Positions 9,567 to 18,946 of a stretch of 64,000 bases of DNA are shown piece by piece (position 1 is the first letter of the stretch; every line of letters starts with the position of its first letter). Below the pieces are notes generated by a model that was given only the letters and a program-made list of their open reading frames with translations, was not told where the DNA came from and ran no database searches. This stretch comes from Anaerolineae bacterium. GTDB lineage: Bacteria; Chloroflexota; Anaerolineae; Anaerolineales; UBA4823. Made by a program: the position numbers and the translations under genes. The stretch spans positions 36,449 to 100,448 of the forward strand of contig QEXX01000089.1 in NCBI GenBank assembly GCA_003130835.1, in the 5' to 3' direction.

Positions 9567-11961
9567 GCGTCTTTGGCTGTTCATCCTTAGTCTCTTTCTC
9601 AGCGGATGTGTCAGCCTTTATGATCCGGAATCTTCACACGAGTGGCATGTTGACCACCTATACACCCTACGAAGTGGTGAACTTGCCACTCAGACCATCG
9701 ATCTCCGACAAGCTTCTCTCAGTAAAATCTCCCTCTGGATAACTCCTGCCGAAACTGCCCCACCGGATGCAAAACTCACTTTAAGGCTATTTCACCTGAC
9801 CGACAAACCAAACTATCTCTTTACGATCACCCAACCCTTAAGCACCTGCCATCAGGGCAAATGCACTTTTCTCATCCCCAAAAACCAATATCTTCCTCGA
9901 GGAAACTATGCCCTGGTGATAGAGTCATCTGTCACGGTACACCTGTGGGGCAATCGACTGGATAGTTATCCTTCTGGCAATTTAACGGTTAATCATCAAG
10001 CCAGCAGTGCGGATTTAGCCTTTTCTCTTGAATATCGCTATACCTTACAAAGTTTTTTGATCGATCTCATAAGGTTTGGGAAAGATTTTTGGATCGTGTT
10101 TCCAGCCCTTGCTTTCTTTATAACACCCGGCTTTGTTATTCTCAAATTGCTGCGCCTTCCCCTTCCAGATGACCCATCGCTGACCCTTTATATTGTGATC
10201 AGTACAAGCATCGCCTTACTCGCTGTTGGTATGGCTTGGACGAGTTTGTTTAATCTCCATTGGCAAGGCAATTTTGTGCGGTTTCTGTTCTATGGCGGTT
10301 TCCTCGGTATAGCTATATTGGCTATGCGCAATTTTCGCACGTGGCTTGTTAAGCTTTGCATCGCCGATTTCCTTCTTGTCTTGATTGTTTGTCTTGCCTT
10401 GTTCATCCGTTTGCTCATGACGCGCAATCTCGCCGCTCCGGCGTGGGTCGATTCAGTGCATCATGCTTTGATTACCGAACTCATCCTTCAGTATGGCGCC
10501 TATCCGTCTTCCTATACACCTTATCTTAACCTCACCACGACTTCATATCACTCGGGGTATCATGCCAATCTAGCCTTCTTTACTTGGCTTTCAGGTTTGC
10601 CAGTGCCAAAATCAATGCTAGTCTTCGGTCAAATCCTAAACGCCCTAGCAGTGTATAGTGCCTATACGTTTGCCCACGCTTTTTATCGACATCGCTCGGT
10701 TGGACTTGTTGCCGCCACACTGGTAGCCTTCTTTTCGCCGATGCCGGCCTACTACACAAGCTGGGGTCGCTATACGCAATTATGCGGCATGCTCATTCTC
10801 CCCACCTTGATTTATCTTTTTAATCAGCAAGTCGTGCCTCGCCTTAGCCATCGCTTATTCGATTTGTCCATCTGGTTACTGCTGGTTGCCTTGTTATTCT
10901 CGGGCTTGATCATCATTCACTATCGCGTTAGTTATTTTTTTGCCTTGCTTCTCTTTCCATCTGCCTTAGCCAAACTCTCTAGTGCCATAGGAATCTCTGA
11001 CAAACAGCGATGGGGGCGACTGACTTTTTCGCTGCTCATCTTTGCCTTGCTGACACTGTTTTTCTCAGCGCCATGGCTGCCAGAGGCTTTCGTTTCTTTG
11101 CTTTTACCAAAATTCAGAACATGGACTCAAACCCCAACGGTTCTTGAAACCATCCCTCTCGGATTGCTTACCCCAGCGTTGGGTAAAATCGTGCTCGCTT
11201 TGGCTGCTCTAGGGTTTGCCATCGAATTGTTACGCCACTCAAGGAGTGGGCTAGTCTTGGCGATTTGGATGGGGCTTTGTTTTGCCACCATTTATCTCAC
11301 CCATTTCATTTCGAGGGGTATCGGTTTCCTGAACATGACCTCCGTGACCATAAGTTTATATCTCCCCCTCTCTGCACTTGGCGCTCAAGGCACTGCCCTG
11401 ATTTTCCAATGGCTTAGAAGACTCTTTAATCTCAAATCAAGGTGGCTTTCCATCACCCTTTCTCTATGTGCCATTCTGATCTCCGCTTTTCTTGGAGGGC
11501 GCACGTTAATCCCCTTGCTCAACCCGATTACGATGCTTGTCCGCTCGGATGACCTCAAGGCGATGAACTTTATTCGCACCGCAACCCCCATCGATCAATC
11601 CTTCCTAATCCAACCCTTTTTATGGGGATATGGTTTATATGCTGGTCAAGACGGGGGGGCTTGGATTCCAGCTTTAGCTCATCGGCCTACCATTCCTCCT
11701 CCCGTGCTTTTTGCCTTATCTGACCAAGGTGAGCAAGTACGCCAAATCAATCAAATCTCACAAAGGGTGCTCGAGAAACCTAGAGACGCTGCCTATATCG
11801 CTAAGATCATGTCGGAACAGGGCTTAGCATATCTTTACCTTGGCGCAAAAGGAGGATCGATCTCAGCCTGGGAGATCTCTCAATCCCCCGCATTTGAACA
11901 GATTTATCACGAAGGTGGCGTCTTTATTTTCAGGCTGTTACACCCACAAAGCCATCCGTAA
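9508..11961 (+). CDS. Large polytopic membrane protein, putative GT-C-type glycosyltransferase (function uncertain)
   Basis: 817 aa. It has a lipobox-like signal (LFLSGC), an extracytoplasmic domain of about 170 aa, at least 12 hydrophobic helices and a C-terminal soluble domain. The start is uncertain because ATG 9508 overlaps the prfB end by 59 nt. Confidence 0.65.
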   Translation: MALWKPTCAVKSEKSHPLAKRLWLFILSLFLSGCVSLYDPESSHEWHVDHLYTLRSGELATQTIDLRQASLSKISLWITPAETAPPDAKLTLRLFHLTDKPNYLFTITQPLSTCHQGKCTFLIPKNQYLPRGNYALVIESSVTVHLWGNRLDSYPSGNLTVNHQASSADLAFSLEYRYTLQSFLIDLIRFGKDFWIVFPALAFFITPGFVILKLLRLPLPDDPSLTLYIVISTSIALLAVGMAWTSLFNLHWQGNFVRFLFYGGFLGIAILAMRNFRTWLVKLCIADFLLVLIVCLALFIRLLMTRNLAAPAWVDSVHHALITELILQYGAYPSSYTPYLNLTTTSYHSGYHANLAFFTWLSGLPVPKSMLVFGQILNALAVYSAYTFAHAFYRHRSVGLVAATLVAFFSPMPAYYTSWGRYTQLCGMLILPTLIYLFNQQVVPRLSHRLFDLSIWLLLVALLFSGLIIIHYRVSYFFALLLFPSALAKLSSAIGISDKQRWGRLTFSLLIFALLTLFFSAPWLPEAFVSLLLPKFRTWTQTPTVLETIPLGLLTPALGKIVLALAALGFAIELLRHSRSGLVLAIWMGLCFATIYLTHFISRGIGFLNMTSVTISLYLPLSALGAQGTALIFQWLRRLFNLKSRWLSITLSLCAILISAFLGGRTLIPLLNPITMLVRSDDLKAMNFIRTATPIDQSFLIQPFLWGYGLYAGQDGGAWIPALAHRPTIPPPVLFALSDQGEQVRQINQISQRVLEKPRDAAYIAKIMSEQGLAYLYLGAKGGSISAWEISQSPAFEQIYHEGGVFIFRLLHPQSHP

Positions 11962-12346
11962 CTTCACGACAACAACGCACAAAATCTAAGACCGTTGGCA
12001 CGTTGCGCATCATGATTGCCATATTGCCTTGCACGCGCAGCTTGCGGGTCAACATCGCTTGCATGGGATCGAGCTTCCCCGATAACAAGGCAACATAATG
12101 TTTGTAGGGAGCAGAAAGCACAAAAGTAGCTTGGGCTTGATTGACATCTTCAACGATTTTGACATCCCGACAGGTACCATGCCAAAGATCCATATAAACG
12201 TACACAGCTTCTGATAAGTTTTCATCTGCTTCAATAGCAAACAGCAAATCCCATTCCCAACTATGGGCGATTCTGGCATACTGATCATCCGAGTTTAGCT
12301 TATCCTTCAGCTTTAAAAACCAATCCTTTTCTGGAAATATTGCCAT
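11930..12346 (-). CDS. SCP2 (sterol carrier protein 2)-like domain protein
   Basis: I chose ATG 12346, which is preceded by GAGGTG, rather than the longer ORF start at 12412. The C-terminal SCP2-type motif is LSGKLDPMQAMLTRKLRVQGNMAIMMR. Confidence 0.72.
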   Translation of the reverse strand: MAIFPEKDWFLKLKDKLNSDDQYARIAHSWEWDLLFAIEADENLSEAVYVYMDLWHGTCRDVKIVEDVNQAQATFVLSAPYKHYVALLSGKLDPMQAMLTRKLRVQGNMAIMMRNVPTVLDFVRCCREVTDGFVGVTA

Positions 12347-12500
12347 CGGTACACCTCTGATTAGGGTAAAATACGAGCTAATTATAAGCGATAAGCCTTG
12401 CAAAAATCGCACTTTTCGTCTATGCTTATCGCATCCTCGCCAAAGGAGTACATTTCAGATCAGAAACGGCTATCCCATTCTTGAATAAGGAGAGAGAACG

Positions 12501-13418
12501 ATGAAAAAGTCCTATATCCTGCCATTCCTAATCATACTAAGTATCCTTATAACGGCTTGTGGTGGCACAAGCGCAACTCCCGCTGCGGTTGAAACTCAAG
12601 CGCCACCCCCAGCTACCGCTGCGGTTGAAACCCAAGCGCCACCCCCAGCTACCGCTGCGGTCGAAACCCAAGCGCCACCGCCAGCTCCTGCCGAGACCGA
12701 AGCACCTCAAGCCGAATCGGGCTCGAAGCTGCCCGATTTAGGCGGAAGGACCATAACAGTGGCTGTTGAAAACGCTTATCCACCGTTCAACATGATTGAC
12801 GAAGCGACGGGCGAAGGGGTTGGCTGGGATTACGACGCCGTGCGCGAAATTTGTAAACGGATTAACTGTGTTCCGGATTTTAAGCAAGCGGCATGGGATG
12901 GCATCTTCCCCGCCATGCAAGCTGGTGAGTACGACATGTTGGCTGACGGTGTAACGATAACAGCCGAACGCGATGAAATTGTCGATTTCTCCATCCCATA
13001 TGTCACAGTAGGACAGGTTTTGCTTGTTCGCGCCGACGAGACGGCAACGGTAGACGAGATCAAAGCAGATGCAAACCGCCTGATCGGCACCCAACTGGGA
13101 ACGACAAATGAAATTGTAGCCAAAGAACATTTCCCAGCCGAGAGAGTGAAATCATTTGAAGATTTTGGCGCGGCTGTCTTGGCTTTGCTTTCAAAGGATG
13201 TCGATGGAGTGGTCATTGATAATGTCAGCGCACTCGGCTTCATCGAAGAAAACCCTGATAAGCTTAAAATAGCCGGGCAGTTAACCTCGGATGAACAGCT
13301 TGGCTTTGTCTTCCCTCCAGGTAGTGACCTGCGCGAAGCTGTAAACGCGGCTTTGCAATCGATGATCGAAGATGGTACTTTAGAAGCGCTCAATAAAAAG
13401 TGGGGGCTAACCCAGTAA
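12501..13418 (+). CDS. Polar amino-acid ABC transporter substrate-binding lipoprotein
   Basis: 305 aa. It has a signal peptide with lipobox LITAC, a repeated PT/PA-rich linker, and a type-3 SBP fold ([11 protein letters not shown]...[15 protein letters not shown]...[12 protein letters not shown]). A good SD (aaggagag) precedes the start. Confidence 0.9.
   Translation: MKKSYILPFLIILSILITACGGTSATPAAVETQAPPPATAAVETQAPPPATAAVETQAPPPAPAETEAPQAESGSKLPDLGGRTITVAVENAYPPFNMIDEATGEGVGWDYDAVREICKRINCVPDFKQAAWDGIFPAMQAGEYDMLADGVTITAERDEIVDFSIPYVTVGQVLLVRADETATVDEIKADANRLIGTQLGTTNEIVAKEHFPAERVKSFEDFGAAVLALLSKDVDGVVIDNVSALGFIEENPDKLKIAGQLTSDEQLGFVFPPGSDLREAVNAALQSMIEDGTLEALNKKWGLTQ
12582..12713 (+). repeat. 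In-frame 36-bp tandem repeat (about 3.6 copies) encoding [12 protein letters not shown] linker units
   Basis: Units at 12582-12617, 12618-12653 and 12654-12689 differ by only a few bases. A degenerate partial copy follows (AETEAPQA). Confidence 0.9.
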
Positions 13419-13447
13419 ATCCCCCGAAAAGCCGTTTCTGAACTTCT

Positions 13448-13471
13448 GCCGGGAGGGTCTTCTCTCCCGGC
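13448..13471 (+). terminator. Intercistronic stem-loop between binding-protein and permease genes (possible partial terminator or stabiliser)
   Basis: gccgggag (13448-13455) pairs with ctcccggc (13464-13471) and is followed by tttat. Confidence 0.35.
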
Positions 13472-13501
13472 TTTATCACACTGGAATTAAGGATAAAGCT
13501 T

Positions 13502-14368
13502 ATGCAAGCGGCTCAATCCCAAAAACAAATCTCCTACCAACCACAAAAGCTCTCCATCTCCACCCTACCTTGGTGGGCAATCATCTTGCTTCTTCTTGGC
13601 TTGCTCATTATCTATCTGATTTTCACCGACAGGAATTATTCTGAGACTTTCCAATACCTGCTTGCCGGTGTTGTTGCCACCTTGCGGATCACCCTGCTCG
13701 CGTTTCCAATTGCCACTGTAATTGGCTTATTTGTAGGTCTCGCCCGCCTTTCCAAAAACATTGTCATTCATACCATCGCCACCATTTATGTCGAAGTAGT
13801 CCGAGGCATTCCATTGGTGGTCTTAATTTTGATTATTGCCTTTGGGTTTGTCCCTATATGTGTGGATTTTATCAATCGTATCGGTCAATGGGGCACTACC
13901 ATTTTCGTATCGGGTAGCTTTCACCAATTTTTCAATGGTTTGGCGACCTACAGCATTCGCAATATTTCGATGGAACTACGCGCCATCATCGCTTTGGCAA
14001 TCGGTTATGGAGCTTTTGAAGCCGAAGTCTTTCGAGCTGGTATTCAATCCATCGGCAAAGGACAAATGGAAGCTGCGCGTTCATTGGGGATGAATTACTT
14101 TCTGGCAATGCGCTTGATCATTCTCCCCCAAGCCATTCGGCGCATTCTACCGCCTTTAGGAAATGACTTTATTGCCCTACTCAAGGATTCCTCGTTGGCG
14201 ACGGTCTTAGCAGTCAATGAACTAACTCAGTTGACCCGCTTACGCCGTTCGAGCACTTTCCGTGTTATGGAAGCTTTTAATGTGGCTGCCTTCCTTTATT
14301 TGTCCATGACCTTGCTCTTGTCCGCATTTGTACGATTCTTAGAACGTAAAATGCACATCAGTGAATAA
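13502..14368 (+). CDS. Polar amino-acid ABC transporter permease
   Basis: 288 aa multi-helix protein with the EAA-type loop (MEAARSLGMNYFLAMRLIILPQAIRRILPPLGN). No ATPase gene follows it. Confidence 0.9.
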   Translation: MQAAQSQKQISYQPQKLSISTLPWWAIILLLLGLLIIYLIFTDRNYSETFQYLLAGVVATLRITLLAFPIATVIGLFVGLARLSKNIVIHTIATIYVEVVRGIPLVVLILIIAFGFVPICVDFINRIGQWGTTIFVSGSFHQFFNGLATYSIRNISMELRAIIALAIGYGAFEAEVFRAGIQSIGKGQMEAARSLGMNYFLAMRLIILPQAIRRILPPLGNDFIALLKDSSLATVLAVNELTQLTRLRRSSTFRVMEAFNVAAFLYLSMTLLLSAFVRFLERKMHISE

Positions 14369-14372
14369 AAAA

Positions 14373-14403
14373 GAAGAGACGAGCGGTTTTCGCTCGTCTC
14401 TTC
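14373..14403 (-). terminator. Rho-independent terminator for tRNA-Leu (also closes the convergent ABC operon)
   Basis: A 13-bp perfect stem, gaagagacgagcg/cgctcgtctcttc, abuts the tRNA 3' end. On the minus strand it is followed by TTTTTTATT. Confidence 0.65.
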
Positions 14404-14488
14404 TGGTGCGCTGGGTGGGAGTTGAACCCACACGCCTTGCGGCACATGGCCCTCAACCATGCCTGTCTGCCAATTCCAGCACCAGCGC
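14404..14488 (-). tRNA. tRNA-Leu (anticodon GAG), class II long variable arm, CCA encoded
   Basis: The reverse complement reads GCGCTGG-TG-CTGGAATTGGCAGACAG-G-CATGG-TTGAGGG-CCATG-TGCCGCAAGGCGT-GTGGG-TTCAACT-CCCAC-CCAGCGC-A-CCA. This gives a 7-bp acceptor stem, anticodon loop UUGAGGG and T-loop TTCAACT. Confidence 0.9.
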
Positions 14489-14499
14489 AGATATTTTGT

Positions 14500-14527
14500 A
14501 TTATAATCCGCTATTGTCTGCTGTCAA
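14500..14527 (-). promoter_or_regulatory. Consensus sigma-70-type promoter for tRNA-Leu
   Basis: On the minus strand: TTGACA (14527-14522), a 16-nt spacer, then TATAAT (14505-14500). The tRNA 5' end lies 11 nt downstream. Confidence 0.6.
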
Positions 14528-14640
14528 GAAAAATGAATTTTATAATCAAACCCTAGCCTTTATGGATTCCCCATGAATGCCCCTGCGTCCCCTGCTCGAT
14601 GCTGAGAACAGAGAGCAAATTCTTCCTGTAGGAGTAACCG

Positions 14641-15660
14641 ATGCGCATTGTTCTAGATGCAATGGGAAGCGACCGTCACCCAGACCCCGAAGTCAGTGCC
14701 GCAGTAAAGGCAAGTCAAATCTATTCGGATGAAATCTTTTTAGTCGGTCCGCAAGATTTACTGAAAAGTAAATTAGCCGCATATGCTCCAGCACCCCGTT
14801 TACACATTGTACACGCGTCTCAAGTTTTGGAAATGACCGATAAACCGGCCGAAAACGCCCGCCGCAAATCCGACACTTCTATGGCGGTCGGTATGGGCCT
14901 TGTGCGGCGAGGTGAAGCTGATGTATTTATTACAGCCGGCAATACAGGTGGAGCGATGGCAACCGCTCTGTTTCAACTCAGGCGCATTCGCGGAGTACGG
15001 CGGCCAGCCCTTACAGCCCAATTTCCTGTGCGCAACGGGCATTGTATCGTCTTGGATATCGGTGCCAATGCGGATTGTAAGCCCGAGTACTTAGTCCAAT
15101 TTGCCATCCTAGGGTCTGTTTATGCCGAAAAAGTGCTTCAGAAAGTCCCACCTCGCGTTGCGCTTTTATCAAACGGAGAAGAAGCCGGAAAAGGCAACCA
15201 ATTGATTAAAGACACCTACCCTATGCTTAAAGAGCTAATGCCCAACTTCATTGGCAATATCGAACCCAAAGAACTTTTCAACGGCGAAGCCGATGTGGTC
15301 GTGACCGATGGTTTTACCGGCAACATTCTCCTCAAGTCAAGTGAAGCCGTGGCTAAATTCCTAACCGACTTAATTCGTTCTGAGATGATGAAATCGACCC
15401 AAACCAAAATTGGCGCCTTGCTAGCAAAGCCAGCTTTTGCGAACGTCAAAAAGGTGATGGACCCTGGCGAAGTAGGTGCAGCCCCGCTGCTAGGCGTGGA
15501 TGGGTTGGTTTTTATCGGGCATGGACGGTCTGACGATACAGCACTGGTGAACGCTATTCGGGTTGCTCGTCAAGCGGTCGAAGCATCCTTGCTAAACGAA
15601 CTTAAGACAGCCATCACCGAGCGTTTATCCGCTTTACCAACTTACCTAGCTGAGGAATAA
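14641..15660 (+). CDS. plsX: Phosphate acyltransferase PlsX
   Basis: 339 aa with MRIVLDAMGSDRHP..., ITAGNTGG and VVTDGFTGNILLK motifs. SD is gtaggag. Confidence 0.93.
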   Translation: MRIVLDAMGSDRHPDPEVSAAVKASQIYSDEIFLVGPQDLLKSKLAAYAPAPRLHIVHASQVLEMTDKPAENARRKSDTSMAVGMGLVRRGEADVFITAGNTGGAMATALFQLRRIRGVRRPALTAQFPVRNGHCIVLDIGANADCKPEYLVQFAILGSVYAEKVLQKVPPRVALLSNGEEAGKGNQLIKDTYPMLKELMPNFIGNIEPKELFNGEADVVVTDGFTGNILLKSSEAVAKFLTDLIRSEMMKSTQTKIGALLAKPAFANVKKVMDPGEVGAAPLLGVDGLVFIGHGRSDDTALVNAIRVARQAVEASLLNELKTAITERLSALPTYLAEE

Positions 15661-15686
15661 ACATTCACCAAAGAGAGGATTCGTTT

Positions 15687-16397
15687 ATGAAGATTATCAC
15701 CAATGAGAAGAAGAAAAAAAGAAATCGTCGCATTGCCATCATCTCGACACTATTGGGAATGGCGATCCTGATCAGTGGGTTAATCATCTCACTCCGCTTT
15801 CCCAACCAGGTAACCTACTCGTTGTTAGCCTTACTTTTGGGTTTTATTTTTGCTCAAATTGGAATGTTCTTTACCAATCGCTGGGGTAGAAACCCAAGCA
15901 CAGACGAACAAATTAACCAAGCCCTAAAGGGCTTAGATCAAAAATATACCCTATGTCACTATTACACCCCTACCTATCATTTATTGAGCGGACCAGCTGG
16001 GCTATGGGTTTTGTTCCCCTACCACCTAACTGGGCACATAACCTTCAAGAACGGCCGCTGGCACCACAGGGGAAGCGCGTTCTTACGCTTTTTCGGAAAA
16101 GAAAGCCTCGGCCGACCAGACCTTGAACTACCTTTTGAAATCGAAAAAATCCAAAAATTCTTAAAGCCCATTTTTGATGAGCAGACATCTATTCCAGTAC
16201 GGGGGATGTTAGTGTTTATGAACCCCAGAGTTACAATCGATATCGATCCCGCAGAAGCACCCCCAGCGCCGGCGATTCAATTGGAAAAACTCAAAGACTT
16301 CTTACGCAAGGAAGCCAAGCAAAAACCGCTGTCCCTAGAAAAAGTGGAAAAAGTCAACCAATTTCTTGCGCAATTGGAGGGATCGAATTCGGGCTAA
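15687..16397 (+). CDS. Membrane-anchored protein with degenerate NERD-like domain (hypothetical)
   Basis: 236 aa. It has a Lys-rich N-terminus and two TM helices, then a soluble domain whose spacing resembles NERD (…YHLLSGPAGLWVLFPYHLTGHITFKNGRW…GMLVFMNPRV). The usual acidic and Lys catalytic residues appear to be absent. Confidence 0.55.
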   Translation: MKIITNEKKKKRNRRIAIISTLLGMAILISGLIISLRFPNQVTYSLLALLLGFIFAQIGMFFTNRWGRNPSTDEQINQALKGLDQKYTLCHYYTPTYHLLSGPAGLWVLFPYHLTGHITFKNGRWHHRGSAFLRFFGKESLGRPDLELPFEIEKIQKFLKPIFDEQTSIPVRGMLVFMNPRVTIDIDPAEAPPAPAIQLEKLKDFLRKEAKQKPLSLEKVEKVNQFLAQLEGSNSG

Positions 16398-16618
16398 AAG
16401 ATTCCCCTCAAAACAAGTAGCAATCCAATTAGGATCATCGGCAACCCAACCACCAAGCCGATGATCGTTACGCTGATGAGTATCCCAACTACCATCAACA
16501 CAAAGCCTAAGATAACTGCGATGATTCGTCCGGTTACTTCCACGATTCCAGTGATGATTCGCCAAATTAACCAAAACGGCAGAAGAAACCACACAATTTT
16601 CTTACGTTCTTTTTTCAT
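16394..16618 (-). CDS. Small two-helix membrane protein (hypothetical)
   Basis: 74 aa. It has a basic N-terminus (MKKERKK) followed by two long hydrophobic segments. Its 3' end overlaps the convergent gene by 4 nt. Confidence 0.45.
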   Translation of the reverse strand: MKKERKKIVWFLLPFWLIWRIITGIVEVTGRIIAVILGFVLMVVGILISVTIIGLVVGLPMILIGLLLVLRGIF

Positions 16619-16707
16619 CGGAACCTTCTCCTCTCTCTGCTTAACGTACCATATTTTCTACGGTTAATCTAACTGTTCGTTGCAGCTCAGATAGTCTCCA
16701 AAACAAA

Positions 16708-16740
16708 GCCCCCGTCCCTATTTCGGGTTGGGACGGGGGC
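16708..16740 (-). terminator. Rho-independent terminator downstream of the aldolase gene
   Basis: An 11-bp GC-rich stem, gcccccgtccc/gggacgggggc. On the minus strand it is followed by TTTGTTTTGG. Confidence 0.6.
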
Positions 16741-16771
16741 GTAGGCTATCCCGATTCAATGGTGGATATGG

Positions 16772-18190
16772 TTAATCCGCTAAATCGCGCACATCCTCTT
16801 CCGTGACCAATTCTCCCAAGTAATCTTTGATATTTGGTTGTATCTTTACGGGTTTTACAGTCTGCTCAACGTATTTGCGAGTGTCTGCCACACCTAATAG
16901 ACGGAAAAGCTTGGTAAATTGGGCTTGCCACGCCTTTCCGATTTCTTCCTTGAAGGAAGCTGGTAAATTCCACGTTTGGGCTTTGAACGGACCGATGGCA
17001 TTCTTGCGTGTCTTGTAATAAAATTGCTCGTCGGTCATGCCTTCTTTACGCTCCGAAGCATAGTTTGCATCGAGGTAAGCATACATTTCTTTGCGCAAGT
17101 CTTCGGGCAAACGTTCAAAGAGCATATTTTGGAAATTGGTCGCCAAATGCACTTCACAGGCTTCGTTTTCGACGAATTTGCCAAAGGCATCCTCCGGTAA
17201 AGTGGAAGCCCCATGCTGAACTGCGCCAGCCAGTCCATATTCTAAGCGCGCTACTTGGCTTAATCGCTTTAAGGTATCAAAATCCACACTCACTTGGGCA
17301 ATGGTACCATCTGGCAACACAACCCCACCATGCGTTGTGCCAGTCTGAATACTGATCTTGCTAATCCCGACATAATCCCCTAGCGCTTTTAGTGCTTTGG
17401 AGTATTCATCCATGTACACGCGCAACTCTTCTTCTGTTGAATTTTTACCACCCACTTCGCCAATCTCACCCCCTACCGAAATCGTCACATCGTCTGGTTC
17501 TAACGAGCGGATATATTTCGTTAAGCTGGCAGAAAGTTTCGTGTTGAGTTGTTGCTGCTCAACAAGGTCGGGTTTGCTGATATCCACTAAAGTCGAAGTA
17601 TCTACATCGATATTATAGAACCCGGCGCTAATGGCTTCCTTGATCAGACTTTCTACTGCGCTATATTCCTTATCAGGATCAGCTGCATATTTTTTAGCAG
17701 AGATTTGGAAGTGATCGCCTTGAATAAAAACTGGGCCTTCGTAACCTTCCACAATGCCGGCAGCGAGAACGCTGGTTGCATACTCGGAGGGACGTTGATC
17801 GGTATAGCCGATCTCCGAGCGAGCAATCTCAAAGATAAACGCCCCAGCATTCATAGAAAGCGCCGTTCGAAAAACCGCTCTGGCAGCCTCGAAGGAAAGC
17901 GCCCTTAAGTTCATTGCCGGTACGGTAAAGTTCGGAGGGACTTCGCCTCTCCCACGCGCCATATACAGATCATGGATCGAGGCTGGCACCAAACCGACTT
18001 CTAGAGCAATTAACCGAGTGAGATAACGCGCCCATCCTTGTAGGGCTCCTTTTTCAAGAGCAGAAATTTCAGCTAGTTTATGGGCGTTCTTGCGCAGTTT
18101 CTCCCGATCCTTAATCACAGCTTTTCCATGTTCAATCGCCACACTTCCTTCAAGTTGCTCAATAATGGTTTGATATTCTGGCGCAGTCAT
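16772..18190 (-). CDS. Class II (metal-dependent) fructose/ketose-bisphosphate aldolase family protein, long form
   Basis: 472 aa with class II aldolase landmarks: FTVPAMNL, FIQGDHFQ, VGGEIGEVGG, TGTTHGG and VQHGAST. Confidence 0.78.
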   Translation of the reverse strand: MTAPEYQTIIEQLEGSVAIEHGKAVIKDREKLRKNAHKLAEISALEKGALQGWARYLTRLIALEVGLVPASIHDLYMARGRGEVPPNFTVPAMNLRALSFEAARAVFRTALSMNAGAFIFEIARSEIGYTDQRPSEYATSVLAAGIVEGYEGPVFIQGDHFQISAKKYAADPDKEYSAVESLIKEAISAGFYNIDVDTSTLVDISKPDLVEQQQLNTKLSASLTKYIRSLEPDDVTISVGGEIGEVGGKNSTEEELRVYMDEYSKALKALGDYVGISKISIQTGTTHGGVVLPDGTIAQVSVDFDTLKRLSQVARLEYGLAGAVQHGASTLPEDAFGKFVENEACEVHLATNFQNMLFERLPEDLRKEMYAYLDANYASERKEGMTDEQFYYKTRKNAIGPFKAQTWNLPASFKEEIGKAWQAQFTKLFRLLGVADTRKYVEQTVKPVKIQPNIKDYLGELVTEEDVRDLAD

Positions 18191-18290
18191 ATCTTTCTCC
18201 TCAAGTAAATAGGTTGGACTTAATCAAAATTATACCCTGAGTGATGTGAAATGACTCTGCAACTTCTTGAATTGATATCCGTAGAATAGG

Positions 18291-18319
18291 TTGCACAGCA
18301 AAGTAACGTAGACTATAAT
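18291..18319 (+). promoter_or_regulatory. Sigma-70-type promoter for the 18363-20002 two-gene unit
   Basis: TTGCAC (18291-18296), a 17-nt spacer, then TATAAT (18314-18319). The SD aaggagaa precedes ATG 18363. Confidence 0.5.
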
Positions 18320-18362
18320 CAAACCAGCAAGGTTTCCCCCAAACTGTAAGTAAGGAGAAAAA

Positions 18363-18890
18363 ATGAGCGACGAGATTGAGCAAATTCTGAAAAAGGTCAG
18401 CGGAGATATAGACCCGTTTAAAAAAATTCTCAGTTACGTACCGGGCTTCAAAGGGTATATTGACCGCCAAACACGTCGCGACCAAGATAAAATTTTGCGC
18501 GACTCGATTGCCAATCGCTTTGAGGAACTGTGGCAAAGAATCTCTACCCTGCAAAGAGACCTCATCTCACAAGGTGATTTAGCTCTGGTCGATGATTTAG
18601 AAAGCGCAGCCATTAAACTGCGTGCCTTCATCGACCGTGTGCGGCGAGCACCGCGCGGCTATTCGGGTTTGTTTGATGCCGTGAAAATCAATAGTGACGA
18701 ACTTGAACGACTCTACCAATATGATGCTTCTTTGCTTACCCTAGCAGACGAAGTAAGCCGCGCCATCGACAACGTTGAAGCCTCTTTTGGTAGTGAGGGA
18801 ATTGCTGCGGCAATTCGCCACCTCCGAACAATGGCACAACAGTGTGTGGATTTATATGAGAATCGCGCCAAGGTTATATTTCAGGAATAA
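18363..18890 (+). CDS. Hypothetical all-helical cytoplasmic protein
   Basis: 175 aa with a strong SD. It has no hydrophobic segments and a heptad-like charged sequence. I do not recognise the family. Confidence 0.7.
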   Translation: MSDEIEQILKKVSGDIDPFKKILSYVPGFKGYIDRQTRRDQDKILRDSIANRFEELWQRISTLQRDLISQGDLALVDDLESAAIKLRAFIDRVRRAPRGYSGLFDAVKINSDELERLYQYDASLLTLADEVSRAIDNVEASFGSEGIAAAIRHLRTMAQQCVDLYENRAKVIFQE

Positions 18891-18946
18891 ATCCTCTTAG
18901 GTCCGCGGAATCTTAAGCCAGATGTGCACAGAAAGGTAAGGTTAGT

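Noticed and set aside
12582-12713. Regular 36-bp direct repeats considered as a mini-CRISPR array
   Set aside because: The repeats are contiguous with no spacers, in frame within a lipoprotein gene, and encode a PT/PA linker. No cas genes are present in the window.
12830-13393. 187-aa ORF on the minus strand (plus 12738-13130, 130 aa) inside the ABC binding-protein gene
   Set aside because: It is fully antisense to a CDS with clear family signatures. Its Ser/Ala/Thr-rich composition is typical of a shadow frame, and it has no SD or family resemblance.
13502-14368. ABC transporter operon lacking an ATPase gene, considered as a truncated or disrupted operon
   Set aside because: The permease is intact and is followed by a clean terminator. 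Polar amino-acid ABC ATPases are often encoded elsewhere or shared. This cannot be judged from one window.
14361-14576. 71-aa plus-strand ORF after the permease gene
   Set aside because: It reads straight through a terminator hairpin, the tRNA-Leu gene (antisense) and its promoter. It is not a gene.
18201-18554. 117-aa minus-strand ORF across the aldolase/18363 intergenic region
   Set aside because: It covers the plus-strand promoter and SD and is antisense to the 5' end of the 175-aa gene. It has no SD and no family resemblance.
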